64,000 nucleotides of DNA from Fidelibacterota bacterium (lineage in GTDB: Bacteria > Fidelibacterota > UBA8477 > JABMPR01): contig JADHVL010000017.1 in assembly GCA_016784025.1 (NCBI GenBank), positions 4,892 to 68,891 of the forward strand, written 5' to 3'. Below the pieces are notes generated by a model. That model ran no database searches, was not told the origin of the DNA, and saw only the letters and a program-made list of their open reading frames with translations. Of this stretch, positions 9,522-17,901 are shown one piece after another. The translations under genes were made by a program, and so were the position numbers. Each line of letters starts with the position of its first letter. Positions within the stretch are counted from its first letter, which is position 1.

Positions 9522-10306
9522 CCACACTAAAAACTCATATCGAGTTTGATACTAATCTGGCTCGTTGGCTCAATGTTCAGGAAGTGGCCCTTGTTCGGGA
9601 GGACTTGCTGCCAAATGGTGGGGGCAAAAAAAGACGAGCGTTGGCACAATTTGTTACAGAGCTTGAGGATGTGAAGCACATCCACTTACTTTCCTATGCA
9701 GGATCACATACGGCCTATACCCTGTCAAGTCTCCTACCTGATGTGATGATTCATCTCTATGGGACTCACTATGGGGGCGGACTTTACGAAAAGGAGATGA
9801 CCTCCATGCTCGATTCCCGCGCGAACATTATTCAAAAGGTATCCTCCTCGTGGACGATGAGTTTGGCGTTTAACCGGCAAAGAAGGGAATCCAGACCTGG
9901 CCACCATTTTATGCGCATCGGGGGTAGTCTTGGATTTGATTTTTCTACCCAATCTGCCGTGGAAGAAACGATCAGGACTGTTGGCGAAGATTTTCATCAT
10001 GTAGTGGCTGTGGCTTCAGGTGACCTTCTGACAAGTGTAGCCAGACAAACCAACCAGGTAACAGGTGTATTAACACAACCCCTGGGCATAAGAATTCTTA
10101 AATATATCAGTCTAAAGAAATCCTCAGGTATTTGGAAATCAGGACTAAACAAGCGTATCAAGACAATGAGAGCTGTACGCGAAATAACGGGTCAAACCTG
10201 GGATCCAATTTTTATGGGTACATTATTCAGTTACTTGATAAAAAAAAAGAAGCTGCCTCCCAAACTATGTATTTGGATTACCTGTCCAGCAGGAATTGAC
10301 TGGTAA
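9518..10306 (+). CDS. PLP-dependent enzyme, ACC deaminase / D-cysteine desulfhydrase-like (short)
   Basis: LPNGGGKKRRAL resembles the GGNKxRKL PLP-lysine motif of this fold-type II family. At 262 aa it is shorter than canonical members. ATGA start/stop overlap with the upstream gene. Confidence 0.45.
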   Translation: MTTLKTHIEFDTNLARWLNVQEVALVREDLLPNGGGKKRRALAQFVTELEDVKHIHLLSYAGSHTAYTLSSLLPDVMIHLYGTHYGGGLYEKEMTSMLDSRANIIQKVSSSWTMSLAFNRQRRESRPGHHFMRIGGSLGFDFSTQSAVEETIRTVGEDFHHVVAVASGDLLTSVARQTNQVTGVLTQPLGIRILKYISLKKSSGIWKSGLNKRIKTMRAVREITGQTWDPIFMGTLFSYLIKKKKLPPKLCIWITCPAGIDW

Positions 10307-10492
10307 AGATTCTATTCAAAAAAAGAGGCTCATTTTGATTTATGAACAAGGAACGCTGATTGAAGATTTAAGAAATTGAATAAACTTCGGTATTCAAAAA
10401 TCGTTAATCCTTGTTCACTATTCGATATACAAAGGAGACTACCTCAGGTTCTGAGACAGCCTCCTTTTATAACTCTTAGCGCTTGAATTTTT

Positions 10493-11107
10493 CTATTCAG
10501 TTGCCTCAGTCTCTTCCATGACTTCCTCAGTTTCCATGGTTTCATCTACTTCTTCTGAGGGTGGTGGGGGAGGATTTCTCAATAATTCAATTTCAGCATT
10601 GATCATAGCGATCATCTTTTTAATGTCAGCATCAGAAACCTGACCATCGACGCTAAATATTACTTTTCCAGTTGGATCAAACACAACCATGTTGTTTGAA
10701 TCATCTGCCAGACCCCATTTTTCGCCAACCAGATTGTCATTGTCGCGTACATAGACTGTACTGGGGTAGTCCTTCTGCTTTCCAGAGAGAATCAGGTTAA
10801 TAGCAAAATTTGGTTTCCAGGTTGCAGCCATATTAATCAGGGCTACTGAACCATAGACATCCTTCGGATAGTCTTCGGCTTTTAAAGCTTCTGTAGCTGC
10901 ATTGTTGGTTTCGCTCTCATCGGGATCTGCATGGACAACCACCCAGACTTTACCAACTAATTCGCTACTGCTCCATGCTGTATCGTCAACTCTACCACCA
11001 GCATCACCAGCGAGTTCTAAGAGGGGAGCATTCTGACCAACGGGGAGACCTGCAGACAAACCAACGCTTAACAAAACAAACAAAATACTAAATGATACTT
11101 TTTTCAT
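10493..11107 (-). CDS. YtfJ-family periplasmic thioredoxin-fold-like protein with Pro/acidic C-terminal tail
   Basis: Signal peptide MKKVSFSILFVLLSVGLSAG. The pattern W.S.EL.GKV.V..H ... YP.S ... VV.D..GKV is collinear with E. coli YtfJ as I recall it. The ATG at 11107 has an AGGAAAG RBS; the track ORF extends to 11146. Confidence 0.55.
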   Translation of the reverse strand: MKKVSFSILFVLLSVGLSAGLPVGQNAPLLELAGDAGGRVDDTAWSSSELVGKVWVVVHADPDESETNNAATEALKAEDYPKDVYGSVALINMAATWKPNFAINLILSGKQKDYPSTVYVRDNDNLVGEKWGLADDSNNMVVFDPTGKVIFSVDGQVSDADIKKMIAMINAEIELLRNPPPPPSEEVDETMETEEVMEETEATE

Positions 11108-11307
11108 ACGCTTTCCTTTTCTTTCTAATTGATCTGAGAAATGCATCTCTCAAATACCTGCTATTAAAAAACCATCTGTAATTTTATTTCATCAGTAGAA
11201 AAATACTGATAGAGTAAATCAATTAGACCTTTATACGATGATTAACGCGTGCTCATATTTTAGGGATGATTGAAAGCTGTGCAAGTATTATCCAATCTAC
11301 AAAAGAC

Positions 11308-11589
11308 TTAGGGGAGAACTTTGACACCCTTCCAGAAGGCGACATGATCTCTGATGGGTTCAGCAGCATCTGATGGGTCGGGGTAGTACCAGGCGGCATC
11401 GCGATTATCCATTCCCTCTACTTCAATATGGTAATAGCTGGCAGTTCCTTTCCAATGGCAGATGGTATGGGTTTGACTATCTCTCAAATATGCTGGGTTT
11501 ACAGAATTAACGGGAAAATAGTGATTCCCCTCAATGACTACGGTTTTGTCACTTTCAGCAATAATTTTATCATTCCAAAGGGCTTTCAT
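11308..11589 (-). CDS. DUF427 domain protein
   Basis: 93 aa. NHYFP and CHWKGTASYY motifs are typical of DUF427. Lies 11 nt downstream of egtD on the same strand. Confidence 0.75.
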   Translation of the reverse strand: MKALWNDKIIAESDKTVVIEGNHYFPVNSVNPAYLRDSQTHTICHWKGTASYYHIEVEGMDNRDAAWYYPDPSDAAEPIRDHVAFWKGVKVLP

Positions 11590-11600
11590 TTGTTGCTCCT

Positions 11601-12623
11601 TTATAGGGCGCGCAACTCAGGCGCGTTATTTTGGGTTTTAAAACAATTCAGGCTGAACCAGCCCTTATCATCCAACCATTGCTGCTCCAGAAAAAAGCCA
11701 GAGGCTTCCGCTAAAGCATTTATTTCATTGTGTGAATACTTATATGAATATTCAGTTAAAATCTTCTCATCCTTTTTAAATGAGATACTCACACCAATAT
11801 TTTTTATTTCAACTTCTTGATCAATATTGCTCACCAGATACATTTCAATGCGTCCTTCTTCTACATTGTAAATGGCCTGGTGGTGGAAATTCTTGCGCTC
11901 AAAAGTACCACCCAATTCGTTGTTGAGGCGATCCAGTAGATTCAAGTTAAAATCTGCAGTGACGCCTCTGGCATCATCATAGGCTGGCTCCAGAATCTCT
12001 GGCCCCTTGCGGAGATCAATACCCAAAAGCAAACTATCCTGAGCGCTAATATTTTTGCGGACTTCTCTTAAAAATTGGGTGGCTTCAACTCGGGTCAAAT
12101 TCCCAATACTGGAGCCTAACCACATAATGCAATTTGAGGTGGTGCTATTTTTTAAAATATACTCCATACCAAATTCATAGCGGCCAGCTACGGCTTCTAA
12201 CTGAAGCTGTGGATAACGATGGTTAAGATCATTCACTGTGTCCGTTAGAATTTCAGCCGATACATCGATAGGCGAATATTGTGTAGTTCCAAAGCGTGCC
12301 ATGGCAGCTTCCAACAAAATTCTAGTTTTGGTTGAGCTACCACTCCCTAATTCCACGAGGTGGGTGTTAAGAGGGAGCTTTGAAATGATTTCTGCAGCTG
12401 ATCGCTGAAGAATTTCAGTTTCTTTTCGTGTGAGATAATACTCTTCCAGTTCACAAATTTCTTCAAACAACTGGGATCCTCGTTCATCATAGAAATAGAC
12501 AGAAGACAAACGTTTCGGTGTATTGTTTAACCCTTTGAGTACGTCCCTGGCGAAAGCCATGGTAGGGCTTTCAAATTGATCCTGAGCCTTAATAATCTGG
12601 GGTGAGGAAAGTGTTTCAGTCAT
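11601..12623 (-). CDS. egtD: L-histidine N-alpha-methyltransferase EgtD (hercynine synthase)
   Basis: 340 aa. DVLKGLNNTPKRLSSVYFYDERGSQLFEEICELEEYYLTRKE and ELGSGSSTKTR match the EgtD family signature. Confidence 0.9.
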   Translation of the reverse strand: MTETLSSPQIIKAQDQFESPTMAFARDVLKGLNNTPKRLSSVYFYDERGSQLFEEICELEEYYLTRKETEILQRSAAEIISKLPLNTHLVELGSGSSTKTRILLEAAMARFGTTQYSPIDVSAEILTDTVNDLNHRYPQLQLEAVAGRYEFGMEYILKNSTTSNCIMWLGSSIGNLTRVEATQFLREVRKNISAQDSLLLGIDLRKGPEILEPAYDDARGVTADFNLNLLDRLNNELGGTFERKNFHHQAIYNVEEGRIEMYLVSNIDQEVEIKNIGVSISFKKDEKILTEYSYKYSHNEINALAEASGFFLEQQWLDDKGWFSLNCFKTQNNAPELRAL

Positions 12624-14131
12624 GAGGTAGATTCCTGTTTCATTTGTAATCCAGGTGAGAGAAAAGTACGTTCAGCAAAATCAAAACTCCATTGAACGAG
12701 GAGCGCCAGAACAGCAGCCGGAATTGCACCTTCGAGAATAAGGCTGGTATCATCCAGTCTTATTCCAGTGAGTATGGGTTGGCCGTATCCGCCAGCACCA
12801 ATCAAAGCCCCCAAAGTTGCCGTACCAACATTAATAACAGCGGATGTTTTTATACCGGCTAGAATTGAACGAGCCGCCAGAGGAAGTTCGATTAATCTTA
12901 GTCGAGCAGCCGCTGGGAGACCAAGGGCTCGAGCTGATTCCTGAACATCTATTGGGAGTCCCGTTAAACCACTCAGGGTATTTCGTACGATGGGCAGCAG
13001 GCTATATAGAAATAAGGCTACAAGTGCAGGTGGCCCGCCGATGCCCAGCAGAGGAATCATAAATACCAGGAGTGCCAGTGAAGGTATGGTCTGGATAATA
13101 CCCACAATACTGAGAATAACCTGGCCCAGGGTTGCATTTCTGGCTCCCCAAATACCCAGGGGAATAGCCACCAGAATGGCTGCTCCCAGAGATAGACAAA
13201 CCAGAAATAAATGTTCTGATGTGGTGGTGATCAATCTGTCCAGTCTTGTTGAGACTTCAATCTTGGAGAGCGTGTTAAATTTGATATTCAAGAAACTCTG
13301 AGCCACTTCAGCTTCACTGAGACCCTCCAGCTTGACATCAGAATTCATCTTAATCATCTCAGTTTCAGAAATGATTCCCCCCAGCTGCGTCAGATGGGTT
13401 TGAACCTCTGGGACACGATCCTTGAGCTCTGTTCGATACAGTATTACCGCTCGGTAATCAGGGAAGTAGCTCTCATCATCTTTGAGAACATTTAATTGAT
13501 AATAGGCAATTTCAGAATCAGTGGAATAAAGATCAATCAGGTCAATGGAGCCTGCCTCCAACCCCTTGTATGCCAGATCATGATCCAAGCCGCGCACTGC
13601 AGTTTGGGGTAGTTGATAATGATCCCTGAGGCTGGGCCAGCCATCCTCTCGATCCATAAATTCATTGGTAAACCCAAATTTGAGCTCAGGATATTGGCGT
13701 AAATCGCTGATTTTCTCCAGCGAGAACCTTCTGGCTGTAGAAGGTGTGATCCCAAGGGCGTAGGTATTGTTAAAACCCAGGGGAGATGTCATGCTCACTC
13801 CATGCCGAGCAAGTGCCGCCTGGATGTCTGCATCCGATGATATCTCCTCCCCTTGAAGAATCTCGTATATAATCGTGCCAGTATAATCCGGGTAAATATC
13901 CAACTCTCCCTGGATCAGAGCCTTCCAGAGTAAACGTGTTCCACCCAGTTGATCCTTGTGAATAGCTGAAATATGGTTGTTTTGGAGATGTTGGGTAATG
14001 ACTTCACTCAAAATCACAGATTCTGTAAACTTCTTTGAACCGATTCGGATCTCTGAAGCAGTTTCTGCCTGTGCAGGATTGGCGATAAGAAGGCTCAGAA
14101 ACAGGTAGGAGTAAAAGATCAGAAGCTTCAT
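12620..14131 (-). CDS. Quaternary-amine ABC transporter, fused substrate-binding (N-terminal, OpuAC-type) and permease (C-terminal) protein
   Basis: 503 aa: a signal peptide, a betaine/choline/carnitine-type binding domain, then a five-to-six-TM BPD-type permease. 4-nt overlaps with both neighbours. Confidence 0.85.
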   Translation of the reverse strand: MKLLIFYSYLFLSLLIANPAQAETASEIRIGSKKFTESVILSEVITQHLQNNHISAIHKDQLGGTRLLWKALIQGELDIYPDYTGTIIYEILQGEEISSDADIQAALARHGVSMTSPLGFNNTYALGITPSTARRFSLEKISDLRQYPELKFGFTNEFMDREDGWPSLRDHYQLPQTAVRGLDHDLAYKGLEAGSIDLIDLYSTDSEIAYYQLNVLKDDESYFPDYRAVILYRTELKDRVPEVQTHLTQLGGIISETEMIKMNSDVKLEGLSEAEVAQSFLNIKFNTLSKIEVSTRLDRLITTTSEHLFLVCLSLGAAILVAIPLGIWGARNATLGQVILSIVGIIQTIPSLALLVFMIPLLGIGGPPALVALFLYSLLPIVRNTLSGLTGLPIDVQESARALGLPAAARLRLIELPLAARSILAGIKTSAVINVGTATLGALIGAGGYGQPILTGIRLDDTSLILEGAIPAAVLALLVQWSFDFAERTFLSPGLQMKQESTS

Positions 14132-14880
14132 TTGATCTGATCCTCTAACTGTTGCCAGGGTTTTCGCTGGGCATTGATAAATTCGGTAACAAAGGGATCT
14201 GCAGGGTGTGACGAAAGGTTTGAAAGGGTATCATATTGAAGCAAATATCCATCTTTCATTATCACAATCAAATCTGCCAGTGAGGCTGCTTCACCCATGT
14301 CGTGGGTCACCAGTACAACGGTTTTCCCGAGTTGGCTAAAAATAGTCTTCATTTCATCCTGCAAACTGACTCTATTGAGTGGATCCAGGGCTCCCAGGGG
14401 TTCATCCAGAAACAGAATCTGGGGATCCAACATGAGGGCGCGCATGAGGGCAACCCGTTGAACCTGACCGCCTGAAAGTTCAGAGGGGTAGCGTCCTAGG
14501 AGGTCTGGAGAAATATGGGTCAAATCACATAATTCAGCGATGCGTTGTTCTGTATTTTGGGGATCATGGTGTAAATAATCTGCCATAAGGCGCATGTTTT
14601 GAACAGCGGTCATATGAGGAAAGAGTCCCCCATCCTGGAGTACAAATCCCACCTGCTGACGTAATTTTTCAACGTTAGCCCTGGATAAGTCCTCTTGGAA
14701 AAGTGAGATATTGCCCGTTTCAGGCCACAACAAACCCACCATGAGCCTCAGTAAGGTTGATTTACCACATCCACTGGGTCCGATGAGAACAACGGTTTTC
14801 CCTTGAGGTATTTCAAGGGAAAGGTCATGAATGACCTCATTTCCGTTAAAGCTTTTACTTATATCCTTGAGTTGAATCAT
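14128..14880 (-). CDS. ABC transporter ATP-binding protein (OpuC/EgtV-like, no CBS tail)
   Basis: Walker A GPSGCGKST, signature LSGGQVQRV, Walker B ILFLDEP. 250 aa. Confidence 0.9.
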   Translation of the reverse strand: MIQLKDISKSFNGNEVIHDLSLEIPQGKTVVLIGPSGCGKSTLLRLMVGLLWPETGNISLFQEDLSRANVEKLRQQVGFVLQDGGLFPHMTAVQNMRLMADYLHHDPQNTEQRIAELCDLTHISPDLLGRYPSELSGGQVQRVALMRALMLDPQILFLDEPLGALDPLNRVSLQDEMKTIFSQLGKTVVLVTHDMGEAASLADLIVIMKDGYLLQYDTLSNLSSHPADPFVTEFINAQRKPWQQLEDQIK

Positions 14881-14885
14881 GTGGA

Positions 14886-15743
14886 TTAGTGGCTGTCTCC
14901 ACTGATGGCTTCAGCATGTTGAATGGTCTGGCGTAGAAATGTTTCCACCATTGATTTTTGTGCTCCAGGTGCATCTTTCTTGACTATTTGATCCATTGTT
15001 AAGACCATGCCAGTCCAACCCTCGGTGTGCCATTTTCCAAAAGTCAGGGGCAGCTCTTTAATTTGATCTTCGGAGGGGTAGGGCCAGACATTTACATAAT
15101 AATATGGAGCTGTATAGCTTGTGTCACCGGGCGACATACCTATGCCAATAGATTTTTCCTCACCAAGACTGAGTAGAATGGCCATATCAAAGTGATGGGG
15201 CCAGGTCAATACGCTTCCTGCTCTACCATCTTTTTTGGAAATTGCCTCAATCAGCGGATAGGCATTTGAATAGGCAGAGGATAGTTGGCCAAATGCTGCC
15301 TGATCCGAGGTATCAAATGGGGTGGACCAGTGATCAGGATAGTCAGGCAATTCAAAATGTCTTTCCATGGTGAATACAGCCTTTGGGAGACCATGGTCTT
15401 CCAGAAAGAATTGTAAATCGGAAGCAACCTGTTTCAGGGTTGATCCCTTTAGTTTCAGCTCTAGTAATAATTCATGATTATGAATGACTTGACAAGTGAG
15501 GTTCTGGGGCGTTAGACCGATCTGAAATTTGAGGTCAGGTCCAAAGGGATGACTCAAAAGCATGTTGGCCTGGGCATCCCAGAGTAGCGATGTATGGCTA
15601 TCATCAGGTTTGTGTTCTACAAAGGATATACCTGCAGCTGTCAGGAGTTGAACGGCCTGGTGCAGTTGTCCACGAGCTTCTAATAGTCGATCATCTCCAA
15701 CTTGTATGAGTTGTTTCCAGTTCGTTTCTTTTATGCTCACCAT
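14886..15743 (-). CDS. Hypothetical protein (no family recognised) inside the egt operon
   Basis: 285-aa ORF with no competing frame. Lies 5 nt upstream of the ABC ATPase gene and 46 nt downstream of egtB on the same strand. Confidence 0.6.
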   Translation of the reverse strand: MVSIKETNWKQLIQVGDDRLLEARGQLHQAVQLLTAAGISFVEHKPDDSHTSLLWDAQANMLLSHPFGPDLKFQIGLTPQNLTCQVIHNHELLLELKLKGSTLKQVASDLQFFLEDHGLPKAVFTMERHFELPDYPDHWSTPFDTSDQAAFGQLSSAYSNAYPLIEAISKKDGRAGSVLTWPHHFDMAILLSLGEEKSIGIGMSPGDTSYTAPYYYVNVWPYPSEDQIKELPLTFGKWHTEGWTGMVLTMDQIVKKDAPGAQKSMVETFLRQTIQHAEAISGDSH

Positions 15744-15789
15744 GACTCCACTTTTTATTTATTCAGTAAGGTACTTTGCAACAGGTCGG

Positions 15790-17070
15790 CTAAACGTCTC
15801 GGGCGAGACGAATTCCCATGAATTGCCAACGTGAATGGGGATAAAAGAAATTCCGGTAGGTGGATCGCAGGTGATCGCTACTGCTGATGCATGAACCTCC
15901 CCGTAAAACCATCTGACTGGACATGAATTTTCCATTGTATTCACCCACAGCACCACTGGCAGATTTAAATCCAGGATAGGGAGTGTAGGGACTGCGGGTC
16001 CACTCCCAGACATCGCCAAACATCTGACTCAATTGTGATGCCGCAGCATGCTCTGCTGGTGCAGGATGAAAGTGTTGTGTCTGGACGAAGTTACCATCAA
16101 TCCTCAGCTTCTGCGCGGCAATCTCCCACTCATGCTCGCTGGGAAGACGCGCTCCACACCAATTTGCGTAGGCATCGGCTTCATAATAACTGAGATGTGT
16201 GACAGGATTTTCAAGATTCAATGGGACCAGACCCGAAAGGGTAAACTCAAACCACTGATTTTCCTGGTGAAGCCAATAGAGGGGTGCAATCCAACCTTCT
16301 TTGTTGATTAAAGCCCATCCGTCTGACAACCAGAGAGCTGGCTGATTGTATCCTCCATCTTTAATAAATGATAGATACTCGCGATTGGTTACCAGGCGAT
16401 TACCTAATTCAAAGGGGTGGAGGAAAACAGCATGTCGCGGTGTTTCATTATCAAAACTAAACTCACTACCAGAGAATCCATGTTGAACCTGTCCACCCTC
16501 AAAAGAGGTCCAGTTGAGCTCTTGATAATTATCAGTACTCTTTGCCGGTTCAGCATCCACATAGGCGGGGTAAATCGGGTTTTGAAAAAAGACATGCTTG
16601 ATATCGGTGAGCATCAACTCCTGATGCTGCTGTTCGTGTTGTAGCCCCAAAACAAAAATTGATTCGAGTTCAGAGATTTTATGCTCATCCAAGGTCTCAA
16701 AAAGACGGATTATTTCATCGTCAACATGATGACGATAAGCAAACACTTCGTCAACGGTAGGACGGCTCAAGTGGCCTCTTTCGTTACGGGGGAATTGCTC
16801 TCCAACGGCATTGTAGTATGAGTTAAACAGATAATTATAAAGCTCATTGGGAGTCTGATAATCCGCAAGCATGGGTTTGAGAATAAAGATCTCAAAAAAC
16901 CAGGCAGTATGTGCAAGATGCCAGCGTGTGGGGCTCACATCCGGCATGGATTGAACCACAAAATCTTCCTTTTCCAGTGGTTCACAAAGCTGTTCAGTAA
17001 ATCTTCGAACCGCTGTGTATTTTTCAAGAAGCTGTGTTTTTAAATCCTGTATTTCCCCTGAATTGGTCAT
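15790..17070 (-). CDS. egtB: Ergothioneine biosynthesis sulfoxide synthase EgtB
   Basis: 426 aa. N-terminal DinB-like domain (RWHLAHTAWFFE, LQHEQQHQELM) and C-terminal FGE-sulfatase-type domain (GDVWEWT, LRGGS). No OvoA-type methyltransferase extension. Confidence 0.9.
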   Translation of the reverse strand: MTNSGEIQDLKTQLLEKYTAVRRFTEQLCEPLEKEDFVVQSMPDVSPTRWHLAHTAWFFEIFILKPMLADYQTPNELYNYLFNSYYNAVGEQFPRNERGHLSRPTVDEVFAYRHHVDDEIIRLFETLDEHKISELESIFVLGLQHEQQHQELMLTDIKHVFFQNPIYPAYVDAEPAKSTDNYQELNWTSFEGGQVQHGFSGSEFSFDNETPRHAVFLHPFELGNRLVTNREYLSFIKDGGYNQPALWLSDGWALINKEGWIAPLYWLHQENQWFEFTLSGLVPLNLENPVTHLSYYEADAYANWCGARLPSEHEWEIAAQKLRIDGNFVQTQHFHPAPAEHAAASQLSQMFGDVWEWTRSPYTPYPGFKSASGAVGEYNGKFMSSQMVLRGGSCISSSDHLRSTYRNFFYPHSRWQFMGIRLARDV

Positions 17071-17132
17071 AACTACTTCAAAGCCTTAAGTGTTCTTTTT
17101 TCTTATACGATTGATTGGTGGTTGAACTTAAC

Positions 17133-17167
17133 AAAAGCACCCTGAATTAGTATTAAAAACAGGGTGC
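17133..17167 (-). terminator. Candidate terminator after the YceI gene
   Basis: On the minus strand: GCACCCTG-(15 nt)-CAGGGTGC followed by TTTT. The loop is large, so only moderate support. Confidence 0.4.
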
Positions 17168-17206
17168 CATCGAACTTACAGAGGAAAAATGCAGCTAAAT
17201 CTTTTG

Positions 17207-17743
17207 CTAGAAACTGACATCCAGGTTCAGATTAACCTTATCCAAAACTTTCATGGGTCCCATCCCAACCAACGGGAGATCAAAATCAGTAGGTACAATG
17301 AGAAAACTTCCTGTGGCGTTCCATTTTCCTGCTGACTGCTTCAAATCCAGCATCAGTGTATAGGGTTTGGTAATTCCATTAACTTGAAGATCTCCAGCCA
17401 GGGAAACATCACCAGCCATTAACTCAGGTAAATTCACGGTGGATTTAAAGGTGATCATAGGATGCTTTTTGCGATCTAAAACTGACAAGCGCATGTGAGA
17501 GTCCCGCATGCGGTTCCCCGTATGAAGATCATTCACAGAGACCTCTACGCTGACTGTCCGATTTCCGCTTGTGTCAGCGTCACTTACAGAGACTGTAAAA
17601 ATCCGAGCTTCTACAGGAAAGTCATGTGTTCGGGCATGCCCCAAACCTTCAAAACTACCGTTTGCTTCAGTGATGGTGATAGTGGCCCAGCTCAACAGTG
17701 GAAGAATGGTGATAGTCATGGCAATCATATTTTTAAGTTTCAA
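17207..17743 (-). CDS. YceI-family (polyisoprenoid-binding) periplasmic protein
   Basis: 178 aa with a signal peptide. VNGITKPYTLMLDL resembles the YceI HG.TKPV.L motif. Confidence 0.8.
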   Translation of the reverse strand: MKLKNMIAMTITILPLLSWATITITEANGSFEGLGHARTHDFPVEARIFTVSVSDADTSGNRTVSVEVSVNDLHTGNRMRDSHMRLSVLDRKKHPMITFKSTVNLPELMAGDVSLAGDLQVNGITKPYTLMLDLKQSAGKWNATGSFLIVPTDFDLPLVGMGPMKVLDKVNLNLDVSF

Positions 17744-17901
17744 AATTAACTCCTTTCAACGAGTTTAAAATTCTGCTGACAGGGTAACTTTTATCATGAC
17801 TAGCTTCTGTCTTGAGTACGACAAAGTCGCCATAATGAACCAGGTCTTGTTGCGTAAAGCAACCTACCTTGAGCTATCATCTAATATGCTCACAATAGTT
17901 A

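Noticed and set aside
15759-16019. An 86-aa minus-strand ORF overlaps the 3' part of egtB in another frame.
   Set aside because: It lies entirely inside the well-supported egtB reading frame, has no recognisable motif, and is a typical overlapping-frame artefact.
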